Positions 48,652-58,235 are shown, counted from the stretch's first letter. The stretch is 64,000 nt of DNA from an uncultured Clostridia bacterium (GCA_934184665.1 CAKPSX010000002.1:2753-66752); one strand, 5' to 3'. Program-made: numbers and translations. The notes: generated by a model from the letters alone, not told the origin.

Positions 48652-50058
48652 GTGAAGAAAGAATCAAGGAAAAAATATTTGCTTAAGAATACAATATTTT
48701 TTTCAATTGGAAATTTTGGCTCTAAAATTATTAACTTTTTTTTAGTGCCATTGTATACCAACATTTTGTCAGTTGCAGAATATGGTACTGTTGATTTGAT
48801 GACTATTTTAACAACAGTGTTGGTGCCAATAATAACACTAAATTTGTCTGAAGCGGTTTTAAGATTTTCATTAGATAAGGATGCTGATAGAGAAAAAATA
48901 TTAAATATTGTTACATTAGTATCAATGATAACTGCTTTAATATCAATAGTCATGATTCCAGTGTTAAAGATATTTGAAATCACATCACCGTACTCATTAC
49001 TGCTTGCCATGTATATACTTACATTTTCCATTTCATCTATATTATTATGTTATATGCGTGGAATAGAGAAACTATTGGATTATTCAGTAATAAGTATAAT
49101 TCAAACAATTTTAATAGCAACATTGAATATAATATTTTTAACTAAATTTAAAATGGGCATAAGAGGATATATAGTAGCATACATAGTTTCATATATTACA
49201 ACAATTATTTTGTGTTTTATCAGAAGCAATATGATAAAACATTTAAGTTTTAAATTAGATAAAAAATTATTAAAAGAAATGCTTAAATACTCTGTATTAC
49301 TAATTCCTAATTCTCTAATGTGGTGGATTATGAATTCAATGGATAGAGTAATGGTTACTTCCATTATAAATGTTGAAGCAAATGGAATATACGCAGTTAG
49401 TTATAAGATACCATCAATATTAACAACATTTACGAATATTTTCAATCAGGCCTGGATGTACTCTGCGGTTAAAGAAAAAAATAGTAAAGATAAGGATGAA
49501 TATACAACAAAGATATTTAAAGCACTTTCAATCTTTGTAACTACAGTATTAATACTTATTTTAGTAATTTTAAAACCTCTATTAAAGATATATGTAGGAA
49601 ATAAATTTTATGACGCATGGAAATATGTTCCGCCATTATTGATTGGATCAGCAATTTTAACATTAGGCTCTTTTTTGGCAAATGAATATACAGCACATAA
49701 AGATAGTAAGGGATTTTTATTTTCATCATTAACAGGAGCAGTAATAAATTTAATTTTAAATGTTATTTTAATACCAAGAATAGGAGTTTTGGGAGCGGCA
49801 GTAGCAACTTGTATTAGTTATATGGTTGTATTTTTATACAGAGTTAATGATACGAGAAAGTATATAAAAATTAATTACAAAGATGTAAAATTAATATTAA
49901 GTTGGACATTAGTATTTATTTGCTCAGTAAGTGTTTACTTAAATAAATATAGTATAATTATTGAAGTTGCATCATTTATAGCTATATTAATCGTAAATAG
50001 AAACTTTTGGAGTAATTTTATAAAAGGTATATCTCAAAAAATAAAAAATAGAAAATAA
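48652..50058 (+). CDS. Wzx-type flippase (MOP superfamily polysaccharide biosynthesis protein)
   Basis: 468 aa with about 12-14 TM helices and an N-terminal KKYLLKNTIFFSIGNFGSKIINFFLVPLYT typical of the family. GTG start behind GAGGTGA. Confidence 0.85.
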   Translation: MKKESRKKYLLKNTIFFSIGNFGSKIINFFLVPLYTNILSVAEYGTVDLMTILTTVLVPIITLNLSEAVLRFSLDKDADREKILNIVTLVSMITALISIVMIPVLKIFEITSPYSLLLAMYILTFSISSILLCYMRGIEKLLDYSVISIIQTILIATLNIIFLTKFKMGIRGYIVAYIVSYITTIILCFIRSNMIKHLSFKLDKKLLKEMLKYSVLLIPNSLMWWIMNSMDRVMVTSIINVEANGIYAVSYKIPSILTTFTNIFNQAWMYSAVKEKNSKDKDEYTTKIFKALSIFVTTVLILILVILKPLLKIYVGNKFYDAWKYVPPLLIGSAILTLGSFLANEYTAHKDSKGFLFSSLTGAVINLILNVILIPRIGVLGAAVATCISYMVVFLYRVNDTRKYIKINYKDVKLILSWTLVFICSVSVYLNKYSIIIEVASFIAILIVNRNFWSNFIKGISQKIKNRK

Positions 50059-50071
50059 GGAGTGCAAAGTT

Positions 50072-51223
50072 ATGATTTGTTCCAAAGAAAAATGTACTGG
50101 ATGTGAAGCTTGTTTTTGTGTTTGCCCTAAAAATGCAATAACAATGCAAGAAGATGATTATGGAAATATTTATCCAATAATAGATAATAATAAATGTATT
50201 CATTGTAGTATGTGTAAAAAAGTTTGTCCGCAGTTGAAGGAAAAACTTGATTTTAAGACTCCAATGACAGCTTATGCAATGTATGTAAAAAATACTAAAA
50301 AAAGAGCACAAAGTACATCTGGTGGTATTGCATCTATTTTATATGAAAAAATATTAGAAGACAATGGTATTGTTTATGGAGCCTCAAATATTTTTGGTAG
50401 CACCAAAAATTTAAATTTTATAAGAATAGACAATAAAGAAGATTTATATAAAGTAAAGGGCTCTAAATATGTTCATTGTCATATAAATGGTATATATGTA
50501 AATGTAAAAAAAGATTTGTTAAATAATAAAAAGGTACTGTTTATAGGCACTCCATGCCAAGTGGCTGGATTAAAAGGCTTTCTTATGAAAGAATATGATA
50601 ATTTAATTACTGCAGATATAATATGTCATGGTGTTCCAAGTCAGAGACTTTTATTTGAACAAATAAATGAATTGAAAATTCCAGTAGATGAAATTAAACA
50701 AATTGTATTTAGAACTGATAATGAAAATATATTTAATTTTAAAATAATTGGCAATAATAATATATTTGATGCTCCTTCCTATATGATACCATATTATAAA
50801 AATTTTCTAGAGGGAAACATCTATAGAGAAAATTGCTATTCATGTAGATTTGCAAACAAAGACAGAATAGCAGACATAACGTTAGGTGATTTCTGGGGGT
50901 TAGATAAAAATTCATTAATTTATGATGACGAAAAGAAAGGAATATCAGTGGTATTAGCTAATACAGAAAAAGGACTAAAAATTATTAAACAAATTCTTGA
51001 AGATTGTCGATATGAAAAGAGAACTATAGATGAAGCATGTAAAATGAATTCGCAATTAAATGAACCTATGAAAAAAAGTAAAAAATATGAAATATATTTG
51101 AAAGAATATCCAAAATATGGATTTAAAAAAACAATGAATGATATGCTAACTACAAAAGAGAAAGTAAAATATAAAATAAAAAAATCGTTTCTTTATAAAT
51201 TTTATAAAAAAATAAATAGTTGA
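50072..51223 (+). CDS. FrhB/FdhB-like (coenzyme F420 hydrogenase/dehydrogenase beta subunit family) Fe-S protein
   Basis: Two 4Fe-4S ferredoxin motifs (CTGCEACFCVCP, CIHCSMCKKVCP), then the FrhB-type body (GGIASILYEKI...FIGTPCQVAGLK...ICHGVPS). Confidence 0.8.
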   Translation: MICSKEKCTGCEACFCVCPKNAITMQEDDYGNIYPIIDNNKCIHCSMCKKVCPQLKEKLDFKTPMTAYAMYVKNTKKRAQSTSGGIASILYEKILEDNGIVYGASNIFGSTKNLNFIRIDNKEDLYKVKGSKYVHCHINGIYVNVKKDLLNNKKVLFIGTPCQVAGLKGFLMKEYDNLITADIICHGVPSQRLLFEQINELKIPVDEIKQIVFRTDNENIFNFKIIGNNNIFDAPSYMIPYYKNFLEGNIYRENCYSCRFANKDRIADITLGDFWGLDKNSLIYDDEKKGISVVLANTEKGLKIIKQILEDCRYEKRTIDEACKMNSQLNEPMKKSKKYEIYLKEYPKYGFKKTMNDMLTTKEKVKYKIKKSFLYKFYKKINS

Positions 51224-51244
51224 AAAAGAGAGGTAAATTATCAG

Positions 51245-51925
51245 ATGATTAGTGTTGAATCTATAAACAGGAGAATTAATAAATTTTTCAGATTAAAGTT
51301 TGCTAATAAAAGAAGAAGTAAAATAAATAATGATAATTTCACAATTATTTCAAATAATTGCTGGGGCGGAATGATATATGAGAGTTATAATTTACAAAAG
51401 CAATCTCCAACGATTGGCCTATTTTTTAAATCTAGTGATTATATAAAATTTATCTCAAATTTAGAATATTATTTATCACAAGATTTGAAATTTATTAATT
51501 ATAATGAATCCAAAAACTTAGATTTTTTGAAATCTACTAATTTAACCGAGAAAAAGTCAGTACCACTGGGTAAATTAGATGATATAGAAATCATATTTTT
51601 ACATTATAAGAGTGAAGAAGAAGCAAAAGAAAAATGGAAAAGAAGGGTGAAAAGAATTAATAATAAAAATATAATCTTCAAATTTAATGACCAAAATGAT
51701 TGTACAGAAGAAGATTTAGAAAAGTTTTTAGAACTACCATATAAGAATAAAATCTTTTTTACAGTAAAAGAATGGAACATAAAAGATGATTGCATAAAAA
51801 AAATACCACAAGCATTTAATAGTAAATTTATTTATTCATCTCATGAACCTTTTGGCGCAAATTTATTTTTTAATGTTAATGAATATATTAATAATTTAAG
51901 AAAAGAAGATTTTTTTGAAGTATAA
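51245..51925 (+). CDS. DUF1919 family exopolysaccharide biosynthesis protein
   Basis: FTIISNNCWGGMIYESYNLQKQSPTIGLFF is the family-defining N-terminal motif. Confidence 0.8.
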   Translation: MISVESINRRINKFFRLKFANKRRSKINNDNFTIISNNCWGGMIYESYNLQKQSPTIGLFFKSSDYIKFISNLEYYLSQDLKFINYNESKNLDFLKSTNLTEKKSVPLGKLDDIEIIFLHYKSEEEAKEKWKRRVKRINNKNIIFKFNDQNDCTEEDLEKFLELPYKNKIFFTVKEWNIKDDCIKKIPQAFNSKFIYSSHEPFGANLFFNVNEYINNLRKEDFFEV

Positions 51926-52085
51926 AAAAGTAATTATGAAACAAAATAAATAAGGTGGAAAAATGAAAGTAGTAAATATAAAAGGATGAGTTATGATAAA
52001 ATAAAAAAAGAAGTGAAGAATTTAAAGAGGAAATAAAAGAATAATTTATTAACAAAAAATTCCACAAGAAATCTTAAAAAAACTA

Positions 52086-52114
52086 TTGCATAAAAAAAAA
52101 CAAAATGGTATAAT
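52086..52114 (+). promoter_or_regulatory. Near-consensus internal promoter ahead of the sortase module
   Basis: TTGCAT (52086-52091), 17-nt spacer ending TGG, TATAAT (52109-52114). It sits in a 200-nt gap inside the polysaccharide locus. Confidence 0.6.
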
Positions 52115-52149
52115 CAAAAAGAATTAAACAAATGAAAGGAAGATGTAAA

Positions 52150-52674
52150 ATGAAAAGAAACAAAATGCTAGCAATAGCGCTAATAGTAATAATGTTAATG
52201 ATGACTTTTGCAACAGCTGTATTTGCAACAACTTCAGATGAGTTAGGAAGCAAATTATATGCAAAAGGAAAAAAATATGGAATGACATCAGCAGATAAAG
52301 TGAAAATCGAAAGATTTTTATCAGAAAATCCTGTAACAGATGCAGAAGCTGATGCAATACTAGCAAAAGCAGATGAAGCAATAGCAATTGTAGAAGAATC
52401 AGGAGTAACTGATTTATCAAAATTAACAACAGCGCAAAAAAATCAATTAAAAGAAATAGCAAAATCAGCAGCTGAAATAGTAAATGTAACATTAGTTTTC
52501 AAAACATCATCAGTTGAAATATACAAAGATGGAAAATTAATTGAAACAGTCACAGCAAATAATGGAAAATTAGCATATACAGGAAATAACCTAAATATGA
52601 TTTTAGTTGTTTCTACAATATCAATAATTGCCCTAGCAATAACTGTTGCAGCAAAGAGAACAAATGCAAAATAA
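52150..52674 (+). CDS. Small cell-wall-anchored surface protein with LAYTG sorting signal
   Basis: Signal peptide (MKRNKMLAIALIVIMLMMTFATAVFA) and a helical body of about 115 aa. The tripartite sorting signal is LAYTG (52570-52584), a hydrophobic stretch and KRTNAK. A sortase gene follows immediately. Confidence 0.8.
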   Translation: MKRNKMLAIALIVIMLMMTFATAVFATTSDELGSKLYAKGKKYGMTSADKVKIERFLSENPVTDAEADAILAKADEAIAIVEESGVTDLSKLTTAQKNQLKEIAKSAAEIVNVTLVFKTSSVEIYKDGKLIETVTANNGKLAYTGNNLNMILVVSTISIIALAITVAAKRTNAK

Positions 52675-53284
52675 ATTTATGCAAGCATTGAAAGCAACTA
52701 TTATGAGTATAATAGTTGCTTTATTAATTACAGGATTGCTAGTATTAGGAATATACCTATTTTTGGGGCAAGAAATAGGAGATATTTTCTCATTAGTAAA
52801 CAAAGTATCAATAACAGATACTAAAAAAGAACAAGGAGAAACAAAATTAAGTGCAGACAAAAAAGTATTAGAAAATTATCCAGAATATGGAACAAAATAT
52901 GCAACACTTGAAATAGATAAAATAAATGTTAATTTACCAGTATATTATGGAGATACATTAGATGTACTAAAAAAAGGAGTAGGACATTCAAGTGGAAGTT
53001 ATTTCCCAGGAGAAGGTGGCTCAATAATTTATATGGGTCATAATTCAAAAAAAATGTTCAGAAGATTTTCAGAATTACAAAAAGGAGATATTATAAAAGT
53101 AACAACAACATATGGAGAGTATAATTATAAAATATATGATATGCAATTAATAAAAGAAACAGAGATAGACAAGCTACCAATTCAAAAAGATAAAGAAATA
53201 TTAATGGTATATACATGTTATCCATTTAACAATGTTGGCTATGCAACACAGAGATATGTGGTATATGCAGAACTAGAAAAGTAG
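52664..53284 (+). CDS. Sortase (cysteine transpeptidase), class uncertain
   Basis: N-terminal TM. Catalytic His in IIYMGHN, Cys in LMVYTCYPF and Arg in ATQRYVVYA. The start is uncertain (ATG 52664 or 52679). It overlaps the end of the substrate gene. Confidence 0.85.
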   Translation: MQNKFMQALKATIMSIIVALLITGLLVLGIYLFLGQEIGDIFSLVNKVSITDTKKEQGETKLSADKKVLENYPEYGTKYATLEIDKINVNLPVYYGDTLDVLKKGVGHSSGSYFPGEGGSIIYMGHNSKKMFRRFSELQKGDIIKVTTTYGEYNYKIYDMQLIKETEIDKLPIQKDKEILMVYTCYPFNNVGYATQRYVVYAELEK

Positions 53285-53311
53285 AAAAATAAAAAACGAA
53301 AGGAAAATGAA

Positions 53312-54160
53312 ATGAAAGTATTAACAAATATAATTAAATTCATACTAGTTTCAATACTTACAATCTGCTTAATAGCAATTGGAATGATAACAATAGTTTA
53401 TTCTACAATTTTAGACAAAACATATATTACAAGCAAACTAGAAGAAACTAATTTTTATCAAGAAACATATGAATTAGTAAAATCAAATTTTGAAAATTAT
53501 ATATATCAGTCAGGACTTGATGAAGAAGTATTAAATGATATATGTTCACAAGAAAAAGTTAAAAATGATATAAATATAATAATATCAAACATATATAGTG
53601 GAACAAAAGGTAAAATTGATACATCAGAAATAGCTGAAAACTTAAATGCAAATATAAATAAATTAGGCATAAAAAACAGTCAAAATCAAAAAGCAATAGA
53701 CCAGTTTGTTGACCAAATATGTAATGAATATACAGAAACAATAATTCATACAAACTATGAAAATAAGCTAAATAGTGAATATATAAAAATAGTTGATAAA
53801 GTAGTAAAATTAAACAATGTAGTAGTAGTGGCAACTATAGTTGTCATAATATTATTGATAATAATGAATATAATAGGAGCAATGGCATCAAAGCTTATTC
53901 AAGACTTTGGAATTGCATTATTTGCAACAGGAGCATTTAATTTGACAGCATGCAGTATAGTGATGTCAAAAGTAAATATTGAGGGAATCAAGATTTTTAA
54001 TGATACATTCTCAAAAGCAGTTGTAACAATAATAACAGAAGTAATTACAAGAATAATGTCTTTAGGAATTGGTACAATGGCAATTGCAATAGCTTTAATA
54101 GTAGCATATGCGATGGTAAAAGTAAATAAGAAAAATAAAGAAGAAACAACAGATAAATAG
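53312..54160 (+). CDS. Hypothetical membrane protein (N-terminal TM, soluble domain of about 140 aa, three to four C-terminal TM helices)
   Basis: SD GAAAGGAAAA and clear hydrophobic segments. No recognised family. Confidence 0.7.
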   Translation: MKVLTNIIKFILVSILTICLIAIGMITIVYSTILDKTYITSKLEETNFYQETYELVKSNFENYIYQSGLDEEVLNDICSQEKVKNDINIIISNIYSGTKGKIDTSEIAENLNANINKLGIKNSQNQKAIDQFVDQICNEYTETIIHTNYENKLNSEYIKIVDKVVKLNNVVVVATIVVIILLIIMNIIGAMASKLIQDFGIALFATGAFNLTACSIVMSKVNIEGIKIFNDTFSKAVVTIITEVITRIMSLGIGTMAIAIALIVAYAMVKVNKKNKEETTDK

Positions 54161-54190
54161 GTGTACACCTATGAAAGGAATGAAATAAAA

Positions 54191-54910
54191 ATGGAAGAAC
54201 TAGATTTAAAAGAACTATTACAATTATTCTGGGAAAAGAAAGTACAAATAATACTTATAGTTGCTATATTTGCAGTAGTAGGTATTATTTACACAATGGG
54301 ATTTATAGAACCTAAATATCAATCATCAACAAGATTGCTATTAACAACAAATTCATCATCAGTAGCTGGTTCAGAATCAATAACTGCAACAGATGTGACT
54401 TTGAACTCAAAACTTGTATCAACATATAGTGTTTTAGTAAAAAGCCAAAAAGTAATAAGAGAAGTTATATCAAACTTAGAAATAAACGTAGATGAGGCAG
54501 ACATTAGAAAAAATGTTACAGTTAGTGCTGTATCAGATGCAGAAGTCATAGAAATAAAAGTTAAAAATACAGATCCTGTATTGGCAGCTAAAATAACAAA
54601 TGAAATAGCAAAAGTATTTATCGAAAATGTAAAAGAATATTATGGCATTGAAAATGTGCGTGTAGTAGACACTGCTGAAGTACCAACAGCCCCATGTAAT
54701 ATAAATCATACAAAAGATGTTGCAATATTTGCATTTGTAGGATTAGTATTATCTGCAATATATGTATTAATTGTAAATATGCTTGATACAACAATAAAAT
54801 CAGAAGAAGATATAGAAAAAATACAAGGATTAAAAGTATTAACAGAAATTCCAATATATGAAACACCAGATGATAAAACAAAAAACAAAGGAAAAAGGAG
54901 GAAAGTGTAA
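54191..54910 (+). CDS. Wzz/CpsC-type chain-length determinant (BY-kinase transmembrane modulator)
   Basis: IDLKELLQLFWEKKVQIILIV, a first TM, an extracellular domain and a second TM (VAIFAFVGLVLSAIYVLIV). It directly precedes the BY-kinase gene. ATG 54191 was chosen over the listed GTG. Confidence 0.85.
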   Translation: MEELDLKELLQLFWEKKVQIILIVAIFAVVGIIYTMGFIEPKYQSSTRLLLTTNSSSVAGSESITATDVTLNSKLVSTYSVLVKSQKVIREVISNLEINVDEADIRKNVTVSAVSDAEVIEIKVKNTDPVLAAKITNEIAKVFIENVKEYYGIENVRVVDTAEVPTAPCNINHTKDVAIFAFVGLVLSAIYVLIVNMLDTTIKSEEDIEKIQGLKVLTEIPIYETPDDKTKNKGKRRKV

Positions 54911-55963
54911 ATGAAAAAGGAATTAATAGCACATAAAGACCCAAAATCTCCTGTTTCTGAAACATTTAGAACATTAAGAACAAACATACAATTCATGAAC
55001 TCTAATAAAGAATTAAAAACATTATTAATTACATCAACTGTGCCAGGAGAAGGAAAAAGCTGGATAGCTTCAAACTTGGCAGTTGCATTTGCACAAGCAG
55101 GAAAAAAAGTAGTATTAATAGATGCAGATATGAGAAAAGGCAGATTATATAACATATTTGGTGTATTACCAAGACCAGGTTTATCAAACTATCTTTCAGG
55201 AATAAGTGAAATTAATCAAGATAGAACAAACTTGCTAAATTACATAAGAGAAACAGAAGTTCCAAACTTATATATTATGCCAGCAGGCAATATTCCGCCA
55301 AATCCATCTGAATTGCTTATAACATCTCGTATGACAGAATTATTAGAAAAACTAAAACAAGAAAGTGATTTAATAATAATTGATGCAACACCATCAAAAT
55401 TGGTAACAGATGCTGTAATCTTATCAAGAATAGTTGATTCAACAATTATTGTAACAGCACATAATCAAACTAAAAAAGATGATTTAGACAAAGTTGCAAA
55501 AGATATCAAAAATGTAGGCGGAAATGTTATAGGAGTTGTGTATAATAAAATACCAATATCAACTAAAAAGTATAATCAAACATATTATTATGCTTCAAGA
55601 CAATCAAATACACAAGCAAAGGCAAGATATGAAAAGCAAATAAAAGAAGAAGTTGGCAAAATAACAGAAGATATAGCAAAAATAGATGAACAAAATAAAA
55701 CAGTAGAAAATATTAATGAAAATCAGGAAATAAATAAAAAAGAACAAACATATACCGAAATTAATACCGAAACTCCAACAACTTATGAACAAGAAGAGAT
55801 TGTAAAACCTATAGGAAATATTGAGGTGCCAAAAGGCGTTCAAAACAATATAGACGAATCAGCAAATAATGTTGATAAAACAGCGCATGAAAAAACAGAA
55901 GAAATATTAAAAGAATTTAATGAATATCTAAAAAGAGAAAAAAGAATGAAATACAATAAATAA
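54911..55963 (+). CDS. CpsD/CapB-type protein-tyrosine kinase (BY-kinase) with an extended C-terminal tail
   Basis: Walker A TSTVPGEGKSW, A' VVLIDADMRKG and B LIIIDATP. The Tyr cluster KKYNQTYYY is followed by about 110 extra residues. Confidence 0.88.
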   Translation: MKKELIAHKDPKSPVSETFRTLRTNIQFMNSNKELKTLLITSTVPGEGKSWIASNLAVAFAQAGKKVVLIDADMRKGRLYNIFGVLPRPGLSNYLSGISEINQDRTNLLNYIRETEVPNLYIMPAGNIPPNPSELLITSRMTELLEKLKQESDLIIIDATPSKLVTDAVILSRIVDSTIIVTAHNQTKKDDLDKVAKDIKNVGGNVIGVVYNKIPISTKKYNQTYYYASRQSNTQAKARYEKQIKEEVGKITEDIAKIDEQNKTVENINENQEINKKEQTYTEINTETPTTYEQEEIVKPIGNIEVPKGVQNNIDESANNVDKTAHEKTEEILKEFNEYLKREKRMKYNK

Positions 55964-55973
55964 GGAGAATATT

Positions 55974-56678
55974 ATGATAGATTTTCATTCACATATATTA
56001 CCTAATATTGATGATGGCTCTAGAAATATGGAACAAACTGTAGAAATATTGAAAGAAGCTAAAAATGCAGGATTTAATAAAATAATATCAACATCACATT
56101 ATATGGAAGAATATTATAATATTGATGAAAAGCAAAGAAAAAAACTAATAGAAGAAGTAAAAGAACAAAACCAAGGAATAGAATTGTTCCTTGGTAGTGA
56201 AATTTATGTTACTGGGAATATTGTTGAATTATTAAAAAATCAAAAAGCATCAACAATAAATAACTCAAAATATGTTCTGTTTGAATTACCTTTAAACACA
56301 AAAGAGATAATAGCAAAAGAAGTAATATATAGATTAATAGAAAATAATTATGTGCCAATTATTGCACATCCAGAAAGATATAAATATGTTCAAGAAAATA
56401 TAGAATATATTATGGAACTTGTGGGTATGGGCGCATTACTTCAATCTAATTATGGAAGCATAATAGGAATGTATGGAAGAAAAGCAGAATCTACTGTAAA
56501 AAAATTATTAAAAGAAGATTCTGTTCAATTTCTTGGCTCAGATGTTCATAGAGAAAAACAGGTTTATGACAAAATACCTAAAATATTAAAAAAACTCAAT
56601 AAAATTGTTTCAAAAGAAAAAATAGATGAACTTACAATAATTAATCCGCAAAAAGTTTTAAATAATGAAGAAATATAA
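55974..56678 (+). CDS. PHP-family protein-tyrosine phosphatase (CpsB/YwqE type)
   Basis: MIDFHSHILPNIDDGS, TSHY, IAHPERY and GSDVH metal-binding motifs. Confidence 0.9.
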   Translation: MIDFHSHILPNIDDGSRNMEQTVEILKEAKNAGFNKIISTSHYMEEYYNIDEKQRKKLIEEVKEQNQGIELFLGSEIYVTGNIVELLKNQKASTINNSKYVLFELPLNTKEIIAKEVIYRLIENNYVPIIAHPERYKYVQENIEYIMELVGMGALLQSNYGSIIGMYGRKAESTVKKLLKEDSVQFLGSDVHREKQVYDKIPKILKKLNKIVSKEKIDELTIINPQKVLNNEEI

Positions 56679-56706
56679 AAGGCAGGAGCACATCTCCTGC
56701 CTTTAT
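56678..56706 (+). terminator. Terminator hairpin closing the polysaccharide locus
   Basis: AAAGGCAGGAG / CTCCTGCCTTT (56678-56688 / 56694-56704) forms a GC-rich 11-bp stem. The T-tract is short. Confidence 0.6.
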
Positions 56707-56822
56707 GTATGCTTAAACTAAAAACATATATAAAATCAAGAAAAATACTTCTGCCAATTATATTATATGCGAAAATCACATAAATATACATCATTATTAG
56801 TGAATAATCCTAATTAGTAAAA

Positions 56823-57038
56823 CTATTTGTTAGCCATATTGTTTTCAACTTGTTGAATCATTTTTCTAACCATATTACCACCTATTTTACCAGCGTCTTT
56901 TGCTGATATATCACCATTATATCCATCTTTTAAAGTTACACCAACTTCACTAGCTACTTCATATTTGAATTTATCTAAAGCACTCATAGCTTCTGGAACT
57001 AATTTTTTGTTAGTATTTGAGTTTGCCATGCTTTTCAC
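56823..57038 (-). CDS. Alpha/beta-type small acid-soluble spore protein
   Basis: 71 aa. LVPEAMSALDKFKYEVASEVGV and GGNMVRKMI are the two conserved SASP blocks. SD AGGAGGTG. Confidence 0.92.
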   Translation of the reverse strand: MKSMANSNTNKKLVPEAMSALDKFKYEVASEVGVTLKDGYNGDISAKDAGKIGGNMVRKMIQQVENNMANK

Positions 57039-57231
57039 CTCCTGCTATATATAACATTCTTAGAAAAAAACTATTGCTTTTTCTAAATATATGATGTACA
57101 ATTTTTTGTGAAAATAAACAGGAAAAATTTTGTAAAAACAAAAGAAATGAGACAAAAGCTTGAAAAAACAAATTAACAAAAAATTAAAAGTCAAAAAAGA
57201 TACTTCAAAAACAGAAAGGAATGTTAATAAT

Positions 57232-58116
57232 ATGTATAGATTAGTAGCTATAGACTTAGATGGAACAATGTTAAATAGATATGGAATTGTAACAGAAAAA
57301 ACAAAGCAAGTAATAGAACAAGTACAAAAAAATCAAATAGAAGTAATAATAGCATCAGGTAGACCGATAGATTCAATAAAAACAATTGCCAAAGAAATTA
57401 AAAGTGAAAATTATTTTATATCAGGAAATGGAGCTATATTATATGATATAAAAAAAGATGAGATTTTATACGAAAATACATTAAAAAAAACGAAAGTTTT
57501 AGACATAATAAAAATATGTGAAGAAAATAGCATATTTTATAATATTTATACAGAAAAAGAAATAATATCAAAAACTTTAAATTACAATGTCCTATATTAT
57601 TATAAAGAAAATCTAAACAAAGATGAAGAAAATAAAACACATATAAATATAGTTGAAGATATATATGATTACATCTTAAACAGAGACGAAAAAATAATAA
57701 AAATAACAATATGTGATAATAATCAAACAATATTTAATTCTATAATAAGAAGATTGAATGAAATAGGTGAGATAGAAGTATTAGATGTATCACACATGTC
57801 ACGTAAAACAATAAAGCAGGGAACAGAAGATATTGCAATAGAGTATTTTTATACTGAAATTTCTGCAAAAAATGTAAATAAATGGAATGCTTTAGAATTT
57901 TTAGCAGAAAAAATGAATGTAAAAAAAGAGGAAATTATTACAATTGGAGACAATATAAATGACAAAAAAATGATAGAGTGCGCAGGCCTTGGCATAGCTA
58001 TGCAAAATGGTGCTCCAGATGTTCAAAAAATAGCCGATTATGTAACAGAGAGTAATGATAATGATGGAGTTGCAAAAGCCTTGGAAACAGTGCTTTTAAA
58101 GCTAATATTACAATAA
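57232..58116 (+). CDS. Cof-type HAD-IIB family hydrolase
   Basis: YRLVAIDLDGTMLN (DxDGT), ASGRP and GDNINDKKM motifs. ATG 57232 was preferred to the listed TTG 57160. Confidence 0.88.
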   Translation: MYRLVAIDLDGTMLNRYGIVTEKTKQVIEQVQKNQIEVIIASGRPIDSIKTIAKEIKSENYFISGNGAILYDIKKDEILYENTLKKTKVLDIIKICEENSIFYNIYTEKEIISKTLNYNVLYYYKENLNKDEENKTHINIVEDIYDYILNRDEKIIKITICDNNQTIFNSIIRRLNEIGEIEVLDVSHMSRKTIKQGTEDIAIEYFYTEISAKNVNKWNALEFLAEKMNVKKEEIITIGDNINDKKMIECAGLGIAMQNGAPDVQKIADYVTESNDNDGVAKALETVLLKLILQ

Positions 58117-58148
58117 TATTACAATAATATTAAGTTTATATTACAATA
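58105..58148 (+). repeat. Four phased 11-nt units ATATTACAATA (three perfect, one degenerate) upstream of the Tad-like locus
   Basis: Perfect copies at 58105-58115, 58116-58126 and 58138-58148. A degenerate copy (ATATTAAGTTT) is at 58127-58137. The first copy overlaps the HAD stop codon. Confidence 0.85.
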
Positions 58149-58235
58149 CGTGAAGCTTGTTGATTTTAATCGTAAAAAGGTGTAAAATAATAGTGAATAA
58201 CATGTAAAATCATGTTCAAAAAGGAGGAATTTAAA

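Noticed and set aside
51963-51989. Mini-ORF MKVVNIKG with an AAGGTGG SD in the gap before the sortase module.
   Set aside because: It is only 8 codons, with no obvious attenuator structure linked to it. It lies upstream of the predicted promoter, so it is probably fortuitous.
57039-57159. Forespore (sigma-G/F type) promoter for the SASP gene.
   Set aside because: Only a partial -10-like CATCATA (complement of 57090-57096) could be seen, without a convincing -35 at the right spacing. The support is not enough to annotate it.
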